NCBI GenBank assembly: GCA_041498295.1
Contig: JBGQIB010000004.1
Location: 8-64,007 of the forward strand
Reading direction: 5' to 3'
Source: a bacterium
Lineage (GTDB): Bacteria; Myxococcota_A; UBA9160; SZUA-336
Length of the DNA: 64,000 nt
The translations under genes were made by a program, and so were the position numbers. The notes beneath the pieces were generated by a model. It saw only the letters and a list, made by a program, of their open reading frames with translations. It did no database searches and was not told the origin of the DNA. How positions within the stretch are numbered: position 1 is the first letter of the stretch; every line of letters begins with the position of its first letter. Positions 18,719-29,416 of this stretch are shown in pieces.

Positions 18719-19356
18719 CGCGCGCTGCGCTCCGCGACGACCACCCACAAGGGGTCCGCGCCGGCGGGCGAACGGTCCACGACGCGCACGCCGCGAAAGC
18801 CTCCGGCCTGCGCGAGATAGGCGCCGACCAGACGCAGTCGGTCTTCCGCGGGCAGCGTGCGCCACGCGGCGATCGCCTTGGTCGGGAACAAGCGGTGTGA
18901 CGTCGCGACGAGGACTTTGCCTGCGTCGCGCAGCACGCGCGCGACCTCGGCGAAGACCTCGACCGGCCGCACCAAGTACTGCACCGAGACCGCACACAGA
19001 ACTGCGTCGAGCGACGCGTCGGGCCAGGGCAGGGCGGGCTCGCAGTTCAGGTCCTGAACCCGGCGTTCGTCGAGCCGCGGGTTCGCGGCCAGCTCCGCCG
19101 CATTCATGCCCAGCCCAGCGACGTGCGCGTAGCGGACCTCGCCGGGCAGATGCGAGACCCACGAGGACATCAGGTCGAGCACACGGCAGCCCGGCGGCAA
19201 CTCCTCGCGGTAGAGCTGCGTGAGCGCGGCGATGGACGCGTCGTCGACGTGCAGTGCGAAGCGCGGCTCGGCGTAGAAGTGCGCGTCGGGCGACTCGTCC
19301 ACGCGCGCGAAGAGCTCCGTGGGGAATGCCCGGTCGGCTCGCGTGCGCTCCGTCAT
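18715..19356 (-). CDS. Class I SAM-dependent methyltransferase (type-11-like)
   Basis: 'RVLDLMSSW' motif I region, 'DAVLCAVSVQYL' and 'VLRDAGKVLV'. Start set at M13 (MTERTRAD); ATG at 19392 is an alternative. Confidence 0.65.
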   Translation of the reverse strand: MTERTRADRAFPTELFARVDESPDAHFYAEPRFALHVDDASIAALTQLYREELPPGCRVLDLMSSWVSHLPGEVRYAHVAGLGMNAAELAANPRLDERRVQDLNCEPALPWPDASLDAVLCAVSVQYLVRPVEVFAEVARVLRDAGKVLVATSHRLFPTKAIAAWRTLPAEDRLRLVGAYLAQAGGFRGVRVVDRSPAGADPLWVVVAERSAR

Positions 19357-19445
19357 GCGGAATTGTCTCTCACGCGCGGCCCGTGCGCGCAAGCGAGGCT
19401 TCCGGCCTTGGACGCGCTCTGTCCGCTTCTACTACCCTTCCGCGC

Positions 19446-20738
19446 ATGAAGGTCCGCCTCTTCGCGCTGCTCGATCCGCCGCTCTCGCAGCTCGGCGACA
19501 GCAATGCGGCGAAACTCGCCTGGCTGGTGCGACTCCGCTGGATCGCGCTCTGTGCGCAGGGTCTTTCGATCCTGCCCGCGCTCCGATTCGACCTGCTCGA
19601 GCGCCCGCGCGTGCCGCTGTTTCTCGGGGTCGTTGCCGCGCTCGCGCTGCTGAACGCGCTGACGTGGGCGCGCCTCCTGCGCAAGCGTGACGTGTCACAG
19701 CCCGAGCTCGGCGCGCAGCTCTTCGTCGACATCGCGGCACTGTCCGCGCTGCTCGGCCTCTCGGGCGGCGCGTGGAATCCCCTGGTGCCCCTCTTGTTCT
19801 TCCATGCGGCCCTCGGGGCGCTGCTGCTCGAAGGCCGTGTCTCGCTCGGCTTCTTCTGGAGCCTGGTCGCATGTCTCGCGTTCGTGCAGGCGTTCGGTCA
19901 CGTGCCGCCCGGCTTGGTCGAGACACGCGTCTCGCCCGCGGTCCTGTTTCCCGCGCAGTTTCTCGTCGCCGGTGTCTTCTGGCTGTTCACGACCTGGCTC
20001 TCGCACACGCTCGCCGCCCTCCAGGCGCACGTCCACGCGCGGCGCCAGGAGCAGGGGCGCATCGATCGCCTGCGCGCGGTCGGCGCGCTCGCGGCCGGTC
20101 TCTCGCACGAGTTCGCGACGCCGCTGAACACGGCGATGCTCAAGCTCGAGAGACTCGCACGAAAGCTCGATCTCGCGGGCGATCCCGCGCTCGAGGAAGC
20201 GAGCGAAGCGCTGGCGCGCTGCGAGGACGTGCTGCGCCAGATGGCTGGCTCGCAGCTGCGGCCCGACACGCTGCGACTCGAGGTCGAGGACGTCGGCGAC
20301 CTGGTCGAGAAGGTCTGCGCGGGCCTGCGCGCCGAGGACCCCGACGTTCCGCTGCGCTTCCGGCGCGAGCGCGGGCCTGCGCTCGTGCAGGTGCCCGCGG
20401 TCGCTTTCACGCAGGCGGTGCTGAACCTCGTCGACAACGCGCTCGAGGAGAGCAGCCCCGAGGCGCCGGTCGAGGTCGAAGTGCGCTCGACACCGGAGCG
20501 TGTCAGCGTCGAAATCCGCGACCGGGGTCCGGGCTGGCCGGAGCTCGTGCGCGCGCACTTGGGCGAGCCCTTCGTGACGACCCGCCCCGGCGGCGTCGGC
20601 CTCGGACTCTACTTCGCCTACACGCTGGCCGAGACGATCGGCGGCACGCTCGAGCTGGACTCGGTGGCGAGCGGAGGCGCGATCGCGCGGCTGGTGTTGC
20701 CGGTCGCGCGGAACGCCGCCGCGGAGGCGCGCTCGTGA
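19446..20738 (+). CDS. Membrane sensor histidine kinase, RegB/PrrB-like
   Basis: ATG at 19446 (MKVRLFALL). About 6 N-terminal hydrophobic helices. H-box 'LAAGLSHEFATPLN'. HATPase blocks 'LVDNALE', 'DRGPGW' and 'GLGLY'. Confidence 0.7.
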   Translation: MKVRLFALLDPPLSQLGDSNAAKLAWLVRLRWIALCAQGLSILPALRFDLLERPRVPLFLGVVAALALLNALTWARLLRKRDVSQPELGAQLFVDIAALSALLGLSGGAWNPLVPLLFFHAALGALLLEGRVSLGFFWSLVACLAFVQAFGHVPPGLVETRVSPAVLFPAQFLVAGVFWLFTTWLSHTLAALQAHVHARRQEQGRIDRLRAVGALAAGLSHEFATPLNTAMLKLERLARKLDLAGDPALEEASEALARCEDVLRQMAGSQLRPDTLRLEVEDVGDLVEKVCAGLRAEDPDVPLRFRRERGPALVQVPAVAFTQAVLNLVDNALEESSPEAPVEVEVRSTPERVSVEIRDRGPGWPELVRAHLGEPFVTTRPGGVGLGLYFAYTLAETIGGTLELDSVASGGAIARLVLPVARNAAAEARS

Positions 20739-21274
20739 ATCAGATGCAGTCACTCCTGATCCTGGACGATGACGAGCGCTTCGCCGAGACGCTCGCGCTC
20801 GAGTTCGCGGACCGGGACTGGCGCGTCGACTGCGTCGCGGATCTCGACGAGCTGCGCGCGCTGCCGCCGTTCGCGCACCGCTTCGCGAGCGTCGACCTGC
20901 GCCTGCGCCACCAGAGCGGTCTCGACGCGATCCCGCTGATCCTCGAACGCTCGCCGCGCGCGCGCATCGTCGTGTTGACCGGCTACGGGAGCATCGCGAC
21001 CGCTGTACAGGCGGTGAAGCAGGGCGCGTTCAACTATCTCACCAAGCCCGTGCAGGTCGAGGATCTGCTCGCGGCATTCCGCGGCGAGCCGCTCCAGTCA
21101 CAAGCCGCGATCGCGTCGGGTGCCGCGGGTCAGACGCTCGCGCGCCGTGAGCGCGAGTACATCGAGTGGGTGCTGGCCGAGTGCGGCGGGAACATCAGCC
21201 GCGCTGCGCGCCAACTCGGGCTGCACCGCCAGAGCCTGCAGCGCAAGCTGCGGAAATTCACGCCGCGCGCCTAA
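20735..21274 (+). CDS. Response regulator, REC + Fis-type HTH (RegA/PrrA/ActR-like)
   Basis: 'LLILDDDERF...D(phospho-acceptor)LRL...TGYGSI..K' is a REC domain. The C-terminal 'GNISRAARQLGLHRQSLQRKLRKF' is close to the RegA HTH. GTG at 20735 overlaps the kinase stop in a GTGA, with GGAGG 9 nt upstream; ATG at 20744 is an alternative. Confidence 0.7.
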   Translation: MNQMQSLLILDDDERFAETLALEFADRDWRVDCVADLDELRALPPFAHRFASVDLRLRHQSGLDAIPLILERSPRARIVVLTGYGSIATAVQAVKQGAFNYLTKPVQVEDLLAAFRGEPLQSQAAIASGAAGQTLARREREYIEWVLAECGGNISRAARQLGLHRQSLQRKLRKFTPRA

Positions 21275-21283
21275 GCCGTATGC

Positions 21284-21303
21284 GGGCGCGGGCGGCCGCG
21301 CCC
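21284..21303 (+). terminator. GC-rich hairpin (8-bp perfect stem GGGCGCGG / CCGCGCCC, 4-nt loop) 10 nt after the response-regulator stop, between convergent genes
   Basis: An inverted repeat is seen directly. There is no U-tract, which is common in high-GC genomes, so intrinsic termination is only suggested. Confidence 0.3.
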
Positions 21304-21378
21304 TACGGCCTACGCTCACGCTGCTCTCTGCGCGCGCGTTCCGCGCTTGCTCGGACCTGGACTCGTGGAACCGTGACC

Positions 21379-23409
21379 TCAGAGGCCGTCGATCTTCCAG
21401 GTCGGGCCGTCGCGCAGGATGATCGCCTTGCGCGTCTCCTTCGAGACAGTGTGCCAGATGAAGAAGCTCTTCTCCTCGCGCGTGACCACGACCTGCGCAT
21501 CGATGCGGCCCGTGTCGAAGCCCGCGATGAAGTCGATCGCGATCTCCTGGCGCACGCCGCTCTTGGCGAAGTCCGCCTGATAGCGCTCGAGTTGTAGAGG
21601 ACGGAGCTTCTGCAGACCCGACAGGGCGCCCCAGTCGCGCGCGTTCAACGCGCGGTTCCACGCCTCGAACACCTGTTCGATCGCTCGCTTCTGCTCGCGT
21701 GAGTCGCGCACCTGCGGCCGCGACGGCGGCTCGCGCGGCGTCGGCGGGGTGCGCGGCGCCTGCGCCGTGGCCGGAGCCGCGGCGACCGGCGCGAGCGCCG
21801 CCTCGGCTGACTTCACTGCCGTCGCCGGAGCTGCTTGCGCGACGACCTCGGCCGCGTGTGCAGGCGCAGTCACGGGCGCGGACGGGGCCGCGGCTGTGGG
21901 CGGCGGCGCTGCGACGGCGCGCCCCGGCGTGCTCGCGGGCAGCTTCAGCGCGTCGCCGCGGAGTGACTCGGCCGCGAAGAGTCGCGCACGTTCGGTCTCG
22001 GCCGCAGCGCAGCCCGCGTCGCTGGCGGCGTCGCCGAGCGCCTTCGCCCGCTCGCCGAGCCCCGCCGCCGCCGGCAGCGCCGCGACCGCGGCGCGCGCGC
22101 CCTCGACCTCGGTCGCCGCCGCGGCGCGCAACCAGCGATCGAGCAGGCTTTGACACGCGCGTGTGTAACCGTCGGTGGCGCGCGTGAAGCGCTCGTCCGC
22201 GCCAGCGTAGTTCGTCGCCTGCAGCGCTTGCTCCGCCTCGCCCTGCTCCTCGCCGGCGTACTCGATGCGCCGACGCGCGTCTTCGATCGCCTCCCCGAGA
22301 CCCGCGCCGTCGCGGCTCGAGAGTCCGCCGACGAGCGCCGTCGCTTGCGCGTGCGCTGCCTCGGCGCCGCTGCGCGCGCTGCGCGCCGCGGAACGCTTGC
22401 CGTAGGAGCCCAGCCCGATCCAGAAGCCCAGCGCGAGCACGACCACACCGAGCGCCGCCAGCGCGGCGACGCCGAAGCGGCGCGGCTCGCGCGGCTCCCT
22501 CGGCTGGTCGGGGCGCCGGCTCGCGGCGAGCGCCTCCGCCATCGCGTCGGCGCTCGGGTAGCGCTCCTCGGGATTCATGCGACACGCCCGGCGCACGACG
22601 CCGCGCAGCGCCTCGGGCACCTGCGCGGGGAAGTCGAACTCGAATTCCTGCGCCGCGCCCTGCAGGCTCCAGAGGTGGCGCAGCACCGCCATGCTGTTGG
22701 TCGAGTCGGCGCCTAGCGCCGCGTCGTACACCGTGCGTCCGGTCAACACGCGATACAGGGCGAGCCCGAGCGAGAAGAGGTCGCTGCGCGTCGAGACCTC
22801 GAAGCGCAGGGACTGCTCGGGAGCCATGTAGAGCGGCGTCCCCGGCACGACACCTTTCTGTGTCTCTCCGGCGGCCGAGGAGAGCTTCGCCACCCCGAGA
22901 TCGCCGAGCACCGCGCGCCCATGCGCGTCGACGAAGACGTTCTGCGGCTTGATGTCGCGGTGCACGATGCTGGTCGCATGAAGGCGCGCGAGCGCGGAGA
23001 GCACTTCGAGGAAGTAACGGCAGATCTGCTCCAGGCTGCGCGCGTCCGCGGGGGTGCCGCCTTCAGGGGCCCTCTCGAGCCAGTCGGGATGGATCTGCGC
23101 GAGCGTGCGGCCCTCGATGAAATCCATCGTGTAGTACTGACAGCCGGTGCCGGGGTCCTCGCCGAACTCGTAGATGTGCACCAGATTCGGGTGCTCGAGG
23201 CGCGAGAGCAGCTCGGCCTCGCGCCGGAAGCGGCGCAGGGTCTCGGCGTCGGTCTCTCCGGGCTTCAGGAGCTTCAGCGCGCGGCGCGCGTCGAAGAGTC
23301 CCGGGTCCTCGACCTCGAACACCCACGCCATGCCACCGCCCGCGATGTAGCGGCGCACCTTGAAGCGGCCGATCCGCTCGAGTGACTCGGGGTGTAGGGG
23401 TTCGGGCAT
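21379..23409 (-). CDS. Ser/Thr protein kinase with one transmembrane segment, an Ala/Pro-rich linker and a C-terminal NTF2/SnoaL-like domain
   Basis: ATG at 23409 (MPEPLHPESLERIGRF). Hanks motifs 'ALKLLK', 'HRDIKPQNVF', 'DLGVAK' and 'GTPLYMAPEQ'. Transmembrane segment 'FGVAALAALGVVVLALGFWIGL'. The last about 110 aa ('AIEQVFEAWNRALNARDW...') are NTF2-like. Confidence 0.8.
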   Translation of the reverse strand: MPEPLHPESLERIGRFKVRRYIAGGGMAWVFEVEDPGLFDARRALKLLKPGETDAETLRRFRREAELLSRLEHPNLVHIYEFGEDPGTGCQYYTMDFIEGRTLAQIHPDWLERAPEGGTPADARSLEQICRYFLEVLSALARLHATSIVHRDIKPQNVFVDAHGRAVLGDLGVAKLSSAAGETQKGVVPGTPLYMAPEQSLRFEVSTRSDLFSLGLALYRVLTGRTVYDAALGADSTNSMAVLRHLWSLQGAAQEFEFDFPAQVPEALRGVVRRACRMNPEERYPSADAMAEALAASRRPDQPREPREPRRFGVAALAALGVVVLALGFWIGLGSYGKRSAARSARSGAEAAHAQATALVGGLSSRDGAGLGEAIEDARRRIEYAGEEQGEAEQALQATNYAGADERFTRATDGYTRACQSLLDRWLRAAAATEVEGARAAVAALPAAAGLGERAKALGDAASDAGCAAAETERARLFAAESLRGDALKLPASTPGRAVAAPPPTAAAPSAPVTAPAHAAEVVAQAAPATAVKSAEAALAPVAAAPATAQAPRTPPTPREPPSRPQVRDSREQKRAIEQVFEAWNRALNARDWGALSGLQKLRPLQLERYQADFAKSGVRQEIAIDFIAGFDTGRIDAQVVVTREEKSFFIWHTVSKETRKAIILRDGPTWKIDGL

Positions 23410-23423
23410 GCGCGCGGCCTCGT

Positions 23424-24620
23424 TCAGTGCTCGCGCAGCTCGAGCTTGGCGATCTGATTGCGGTGCACCTCGTCCGGGCCGTCGGCGAGCCGCAACGTGC
23501 GGGTCATGGCGAACATGCGCGCGAGCCCGAAGTCGTCGCAGACGCCGGCTGCTCCGTGCGCCTGGATCGCCCAGTCGATCACCTGCTGCGCCATGTTCGG
23601 CGCGATCACCTTGATCATGCCGATGTCCTTGCGCGCGACCTTGTTGCCGACCGTGTCCATCATCCACGCGGCGCGCAGCACGAGCAGCCGCGTCTGGTCG
23701 ATCATGATGCGCGACTCGGCGACCCGCTCCATCGTGACCGTCTGCTCCGCCACGGTCTTCCCGAAGGCGACGCGCGTCTTCACGCGCTTGCACATCGCGT
23801 CGAGCGCGCGCTCGGCGACGCCGATCACGCGCGTGCAGTGGTGGATGCGCCCGGGGCCGAGTCGCCCCTGAGCGATCTCGAAGCCGCGGCCCTCGCCGAG
23901 CAGCAGATTCTCCGCGGGCACGGTCACGTTCTCGAAGAGCACCTCGCCGTGACCGTGCGGCGCGTCGTCGTAGCCGAACACCGGAAGGTGTCGCACGACC
24001 TGAACGCCGGGCGTGTTGCGCGGCACCAGGATCTGTGACTGGGCGTCGTGCGGCGGCGCCGACGGGTTCGACTTACCCATCACGATCAGGATCTCGCAGT
24101 GCGGGTGAAGGATGCCGGACGTCCACCACTTGCGGCCGTTCAGCACGTACGTGTCACCCACGCGCTCGATCTTGCAGCGGATGTTCGTGGCGTCCGACGA
24201 GGCGACGTCCGGCTCGGTCATCGCGAACGCGGAGCGGATCTTCCCGTCGAGCAACGGCGTGAGCCAGCGCTTCTTCTGCCGATCGTTTCCGTAGCGCGCG
24301 ATCACCTCCATGTTGCCGGTGTCGGGCGCGGCGCAGTTGAAGACCTCGGGCGCGATCGCCGAGCGGCCCATGATTTCGCACAGCGGCGCGTACTCGAGGT
24401 TGGTGAGTCCCGCGCCGTGGTCTGACTCGGGCAGGAAGAGATTCCAGAGACCTTCCTTGCGCGCCTTCTCCTTCAGCTCCTCCATGACTCGCGGCTGCGC
24501 CCAGCGGCTTTCTTGGACCTGCTCTTCGTACACGGGCTCGGCCGGGTACACGTTCGCGTCCATGAACGCCTGCAGCTGTCGCTGAAGCGTCTTCACTTTG
24601 TCGGAGTGCTCGAAGTCCAA
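23424..24620 (-). CDS. Acyl-CoA dehydrogenase
   Basis: 398 aa with ACAD N, middle ('[16 protein letters not shown]') and C-terminal ('[15 protein letters not shown]') blocks. It ends 14 bp before the kinase start. Confidence 0.85.
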   Translation of the reverse strand: MDFEHSDKVKTLQRQLQAFMDANVYPAEPVYEEQVQESRWAQPRVMEELKEKARKEGLWNLFLPESDHGAGLTNLEYAPLCEIMGRSAIAPEVFNCAAPDTGNMEVIARYGNDRQKKRWLTPLLDGKIRSAFAMTEPDVASSDATNIRCKIERVGDTYVLNGRKWWTSGILHPHCEILIVMGKSNPSAPPHDAQSQILVPRNTPGVQVVRHLPVFGYDDAPHGHGEVLFENVTVPAENLLLGEGRGFEIAQGRLGPGRIHHCTRVIGVAERALDAMCKRVKTRVAFGKTVAEQTVTMERVAESRIMIDQTRLLVLRAAWMMDTVGNKVARKDIGMIKVIAPNMAQQVIDWAIQAHGAAGVCDDFGLARMFAMTRTLRLADGPDEVHRNQIAKLELREH

Positions 24621-24694
24621 AGGCTTCTCCTCGGGGTGGGCGGCGAGCGCATTATACTGGCGCGGCGCGTCAAATTCGGGATGATGCCCGCCCC

Positions 24695-25789
24695 ATGGCG
24701 CTCCGCTGCGGCATCGTCGGTCTACCCAACGTCGGCAAGAGCACCCTGTTCAACGCGCTCACCGACTCACGAATCGCGGCGGAGAACTACCCGTTTTGCA
24801 CGATCGAGCCGAACTCCGGCACCGTGCCGGTGCCGGACCCGCGGCTGGCCGCCCTGGATGCGCTCGTACACTCCGCCCGCATCGTGCCCGCGACGGTCGA
24901 GTTCGTGGACATCGCCGGCCTGGTGCGCGGCGCGTCCCAGGGCGAGGGGCTCGGGAACAAGTTCCTCGCGCACATCCGCGAGACCCACGCGGTGCTGCAC
25001 GTGGTGCGCTGCTTCGATGACACGGATGTGGTTCACGTGGAGGGCGCGCCCGACCCGCTGCGCGACGTCGAGACGATCGAGACCGAGCTCGCGCTCGCTG
25101 ACCTCGAGACCGCGGAGCGCCGCGCCGATCGCGCGCGCAAAGTCGCGAAGTCCGGCGACAAGGAAGCGCAGGCCGAGGCCGCGTTCTTTGGCTCGCTCGT
25201 CGAGCATCTCTCGGCGGGCAAGCCCGCGCGCACCGTCGCGCTGCCCGAGTCACTCGCCAAGGCTTACCGCGAGGCGAATCTCTTGACCGCGAAGCCCGTG
25301 CTGTACGTCGCCAACGTCGACGAGGCGGGTCTGGCGGAAGGCAACGCGTACTCGCGCGCGCTCGAGGCTCTGGCCGAGCGACAGGGCGGTGGCACGGTGC
25401 GCATCTGCGCGAAGGTCGAAGCGGAGCTGGTCGAGCTCGAGCCGGAGGAGAGGCGCGCGTTCCTGGCGGACCTCGGCGTGGATGCCGCGGGCATCGAGCG
25501 ACTGATTCGCGAGACCTACCGCCTGCTCGCGCTGATCTCGTACTTCACCGCCGGCCCGAAGGAAGTGCGCGCCTGGACGATCCGCCGCGGGACGAAGGCG
25601 CCCCAGGCCGCCGCCGAGATCCACACCGACTTCGAGCGCGGCTTCGTGCGCGCCGAGGTGATCTCGTTCCCGGACTACGTCGCGTGCAAGGGCGAGGTCA
25701 GCGCCAAGGAAAAGGGCCTGATGCGCGTCGAGGGCAAGGAGTACGTCGTGCAGGACGGGGACGTCGTCTTGTTCCGCATCGCCACCTAG
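24695..25789 (+). CDS. ychF: Redox-regulated ribosome-binding ATPase YchF (Obg-family)
   Basis: '[18 protein letters not shown]' is the G1 motif, and '[10 protein letters not shown]' and '[14 protein letters not shown]' match. A TGS domain sits at the C-terminus. Confidence 0.9.
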   Translation: MALRCGIVGLPNVGKSTLFNALTDSRIAAENYPFCTIEPNSGTVPVPDPRLAALDALVHSARIVPATVEFVDIAGLVRGASQGEGLGNKFLAHIRETHAVLHVVRCFDDTDVVHVEGAPDPLRDVETIETELALADLETAERRADRARKVAKSGDKEAQAEAAFFGSLVEHLSAGKPARTVALPESLAKAYREANLLTAKPVLYVANVDEAGLAEGNAYSRALEALAERQGGGTVRICAKVEAELVELEPEERRAFLADLGVDAAGIERLIRETYRLLALISYFTAGPKEVRAWTIRRGTKAPQAAAEIHTDFERGFVRAEVISFPDYVACKGEVSAKEKGLMRVEGKEYVVQDGDVVLFRIAT

Positions 25790-27030
25790 CGCCGAAACAC
25801 GCGCAGCGGCAGGAACGAGAACGTCTGCAGCAGCGCGGCGATCGCGAAGAACCCGTGATACACGGGCAGGGGGTCGGCGCCGCGCGCGAGCAGCGGGTCG
25901 AGCGCTGCGCCCGCGAGCATCGGCGCGATGCCGGAGATCACGCCGGCGATCACGCTCACGACGACCAGCACGCGCGCCGGCGCTTCGGGCGGCGCCAGGT
26001 CGAAGAGCAGCCGAGTGTCTGCGACGCCGTAGCCCGACGCGAGGAGAGATTGGAGGAAGAACAGGACGATCACGATCGCTCGAGTCGCGGCGCCCGGTGA
26101 CTCGAGCTGAGTGAACGCGACTAGTAGCGCCGCCTGCCCGAGCGCGCTGAAGCGGAACACGACGTACGATCCCAGCCGATCGACGAGGGCGCCCCACAAG
26201 TAGAGCGACACGAGCCCGCCGACGAACTGCGCGATCGTCGCGAGCACCACGTCGGCGTTCGAGAAGCCGAGCGCGCGGCGCAACATGACGACCGCGAAGG
26301 GCAGCGATGCGAAGCGGACGGCGTAGCTCCAGCAGATGCCCATCAGATAGCGGCGCAGCTTCTCGTCCGTGCGCACGAGCGCGAGCGCCTCGCGCGCGCG
26401 GATGCGTTCGCCCGTTCGTTCGCTCCGCTCGGGCAACCGCGCGATCAACGCGATGCGGAGCGCGCCGAGCACCCAGGCCACGCCGAACAGGAGCCCGAAG
26501 CCGTCGTCATGGCGCGCGAGCCACAGCTGCCCAGCAACGAAGAACACGATCACCCCGGCGTGCCAGGTCGTGCGGACCGTCCCGAAGAAGCGGCCGATCC
26601 GGTCCGGCTCCACGTACGCGCGCAGCAGCGGGAACCAGACGAGGTCGGAAAGGTCGAGCCCGATCACCGTGCCGACTAGAGCGGCGAACACCAGCGCCTG
26701 TGCGCTCCCGTGGTCGAGCGCCGCGATCGCGGTGAAGAAGACGAGCGGCAGGCTCGAGACCTGCGCGATCACCTGACCCGCGATCAGGATCTGGCGCTTC
26801 GGAAACCAAGACACCAGGCGCAGCGCCGGGAGCTGCAGGCTCTGAAAGCCGAGCTGCAGCCCGCTCTGTACACCGATCAGTGTCGCGCTCGCGCCGAGCG
26901 ATACGAGCGCCAGGGTCGGCAGCTGCCCCGTGAACGCGGTCCAGAAGGTCAACGAGGGGACGTTGCTCGCGATCGCGAGCCGTCGTCCCCTCGCGCGCTC
27001 CGCCTCGTCGAGGGGCGGGGCGGGAGTCAC
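25786..27030 (-). CDS. MFS transporter
   Basis: 414 aa with 12 predicted helices. Typical MFS organisation. Confidence 0.7.
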   Translation of the reverse strand: MTPAPPLDEAERARGRRLAIASNVPSLTFWTAFTGQLPTLALVSLGASATLIGVQSGLQLGFQSLQLPALRLVSWFPKRQILIAGQVIAQVSSLPLVFFTAIAALDHGSAQALVFAALVGTVIGLDLSDLVWFPLLRAYVEPDRIGRFFGTVRTTWHAGVIVFFVAGQLWLARHDDGFGLLFGVAWVLGALRIALIARLPERSERTGERIRAREALALVRTDEKLRRYLMGICWSYAVRFASLPFAVVMLRRALGFSNADVVLATIAQFVGGLVSLYLWGALVDRLGSYVVFRFSALGQAALLVAFTQLESPGAATRAIVIVLFFLQSLLASGYGVADTRLLFDLAPPEAPARVLVVVSVIAGVISGIAPMLAGAALDPLLARGADPLPVYHGFFAIAALLQTFSFLPLRVFRR

Positions 27031-27111
27031 CGGCTAGCGGCGTTTGGCAAGCGAAGCGCGCAGCGAGCCAGAGGCGAGCGGAGGCGCCAGGGCGCGTGGC
27101 CGCCCACGCGC

Positions 27112-29208
<2,097 letters not shown>

Positions 29209-29416
29209 GGGCTCCTCGAGTCCCGGATTCGGTTCACGGTGTTCGCCGCTGAAAAATGGTCGCGCAGCATAGCTTGAAAGCGTTGCCCGCGCTCGGACTT
29301 TGCCCGCTTCGGCTCGCGCTTTCGGGCGCTTGATCGCGGAGCTGCAGCTCCGCGAAGGCCGCAAGTTCTATTGCCTTTCCGCCGCAAAGCAAGGCTCGCG
29401 GCCCCAGCCCCGAGCG

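Noticed and set aside
29209-29416. Possible sigma-70-like promoter (TTGCTT-16-TAGAAC) upstream of the EF-G gene
   Set aside because: The match is weak, and consensus promoters are unreliable in high-GC lineages. It is mentioned only as a leader region.
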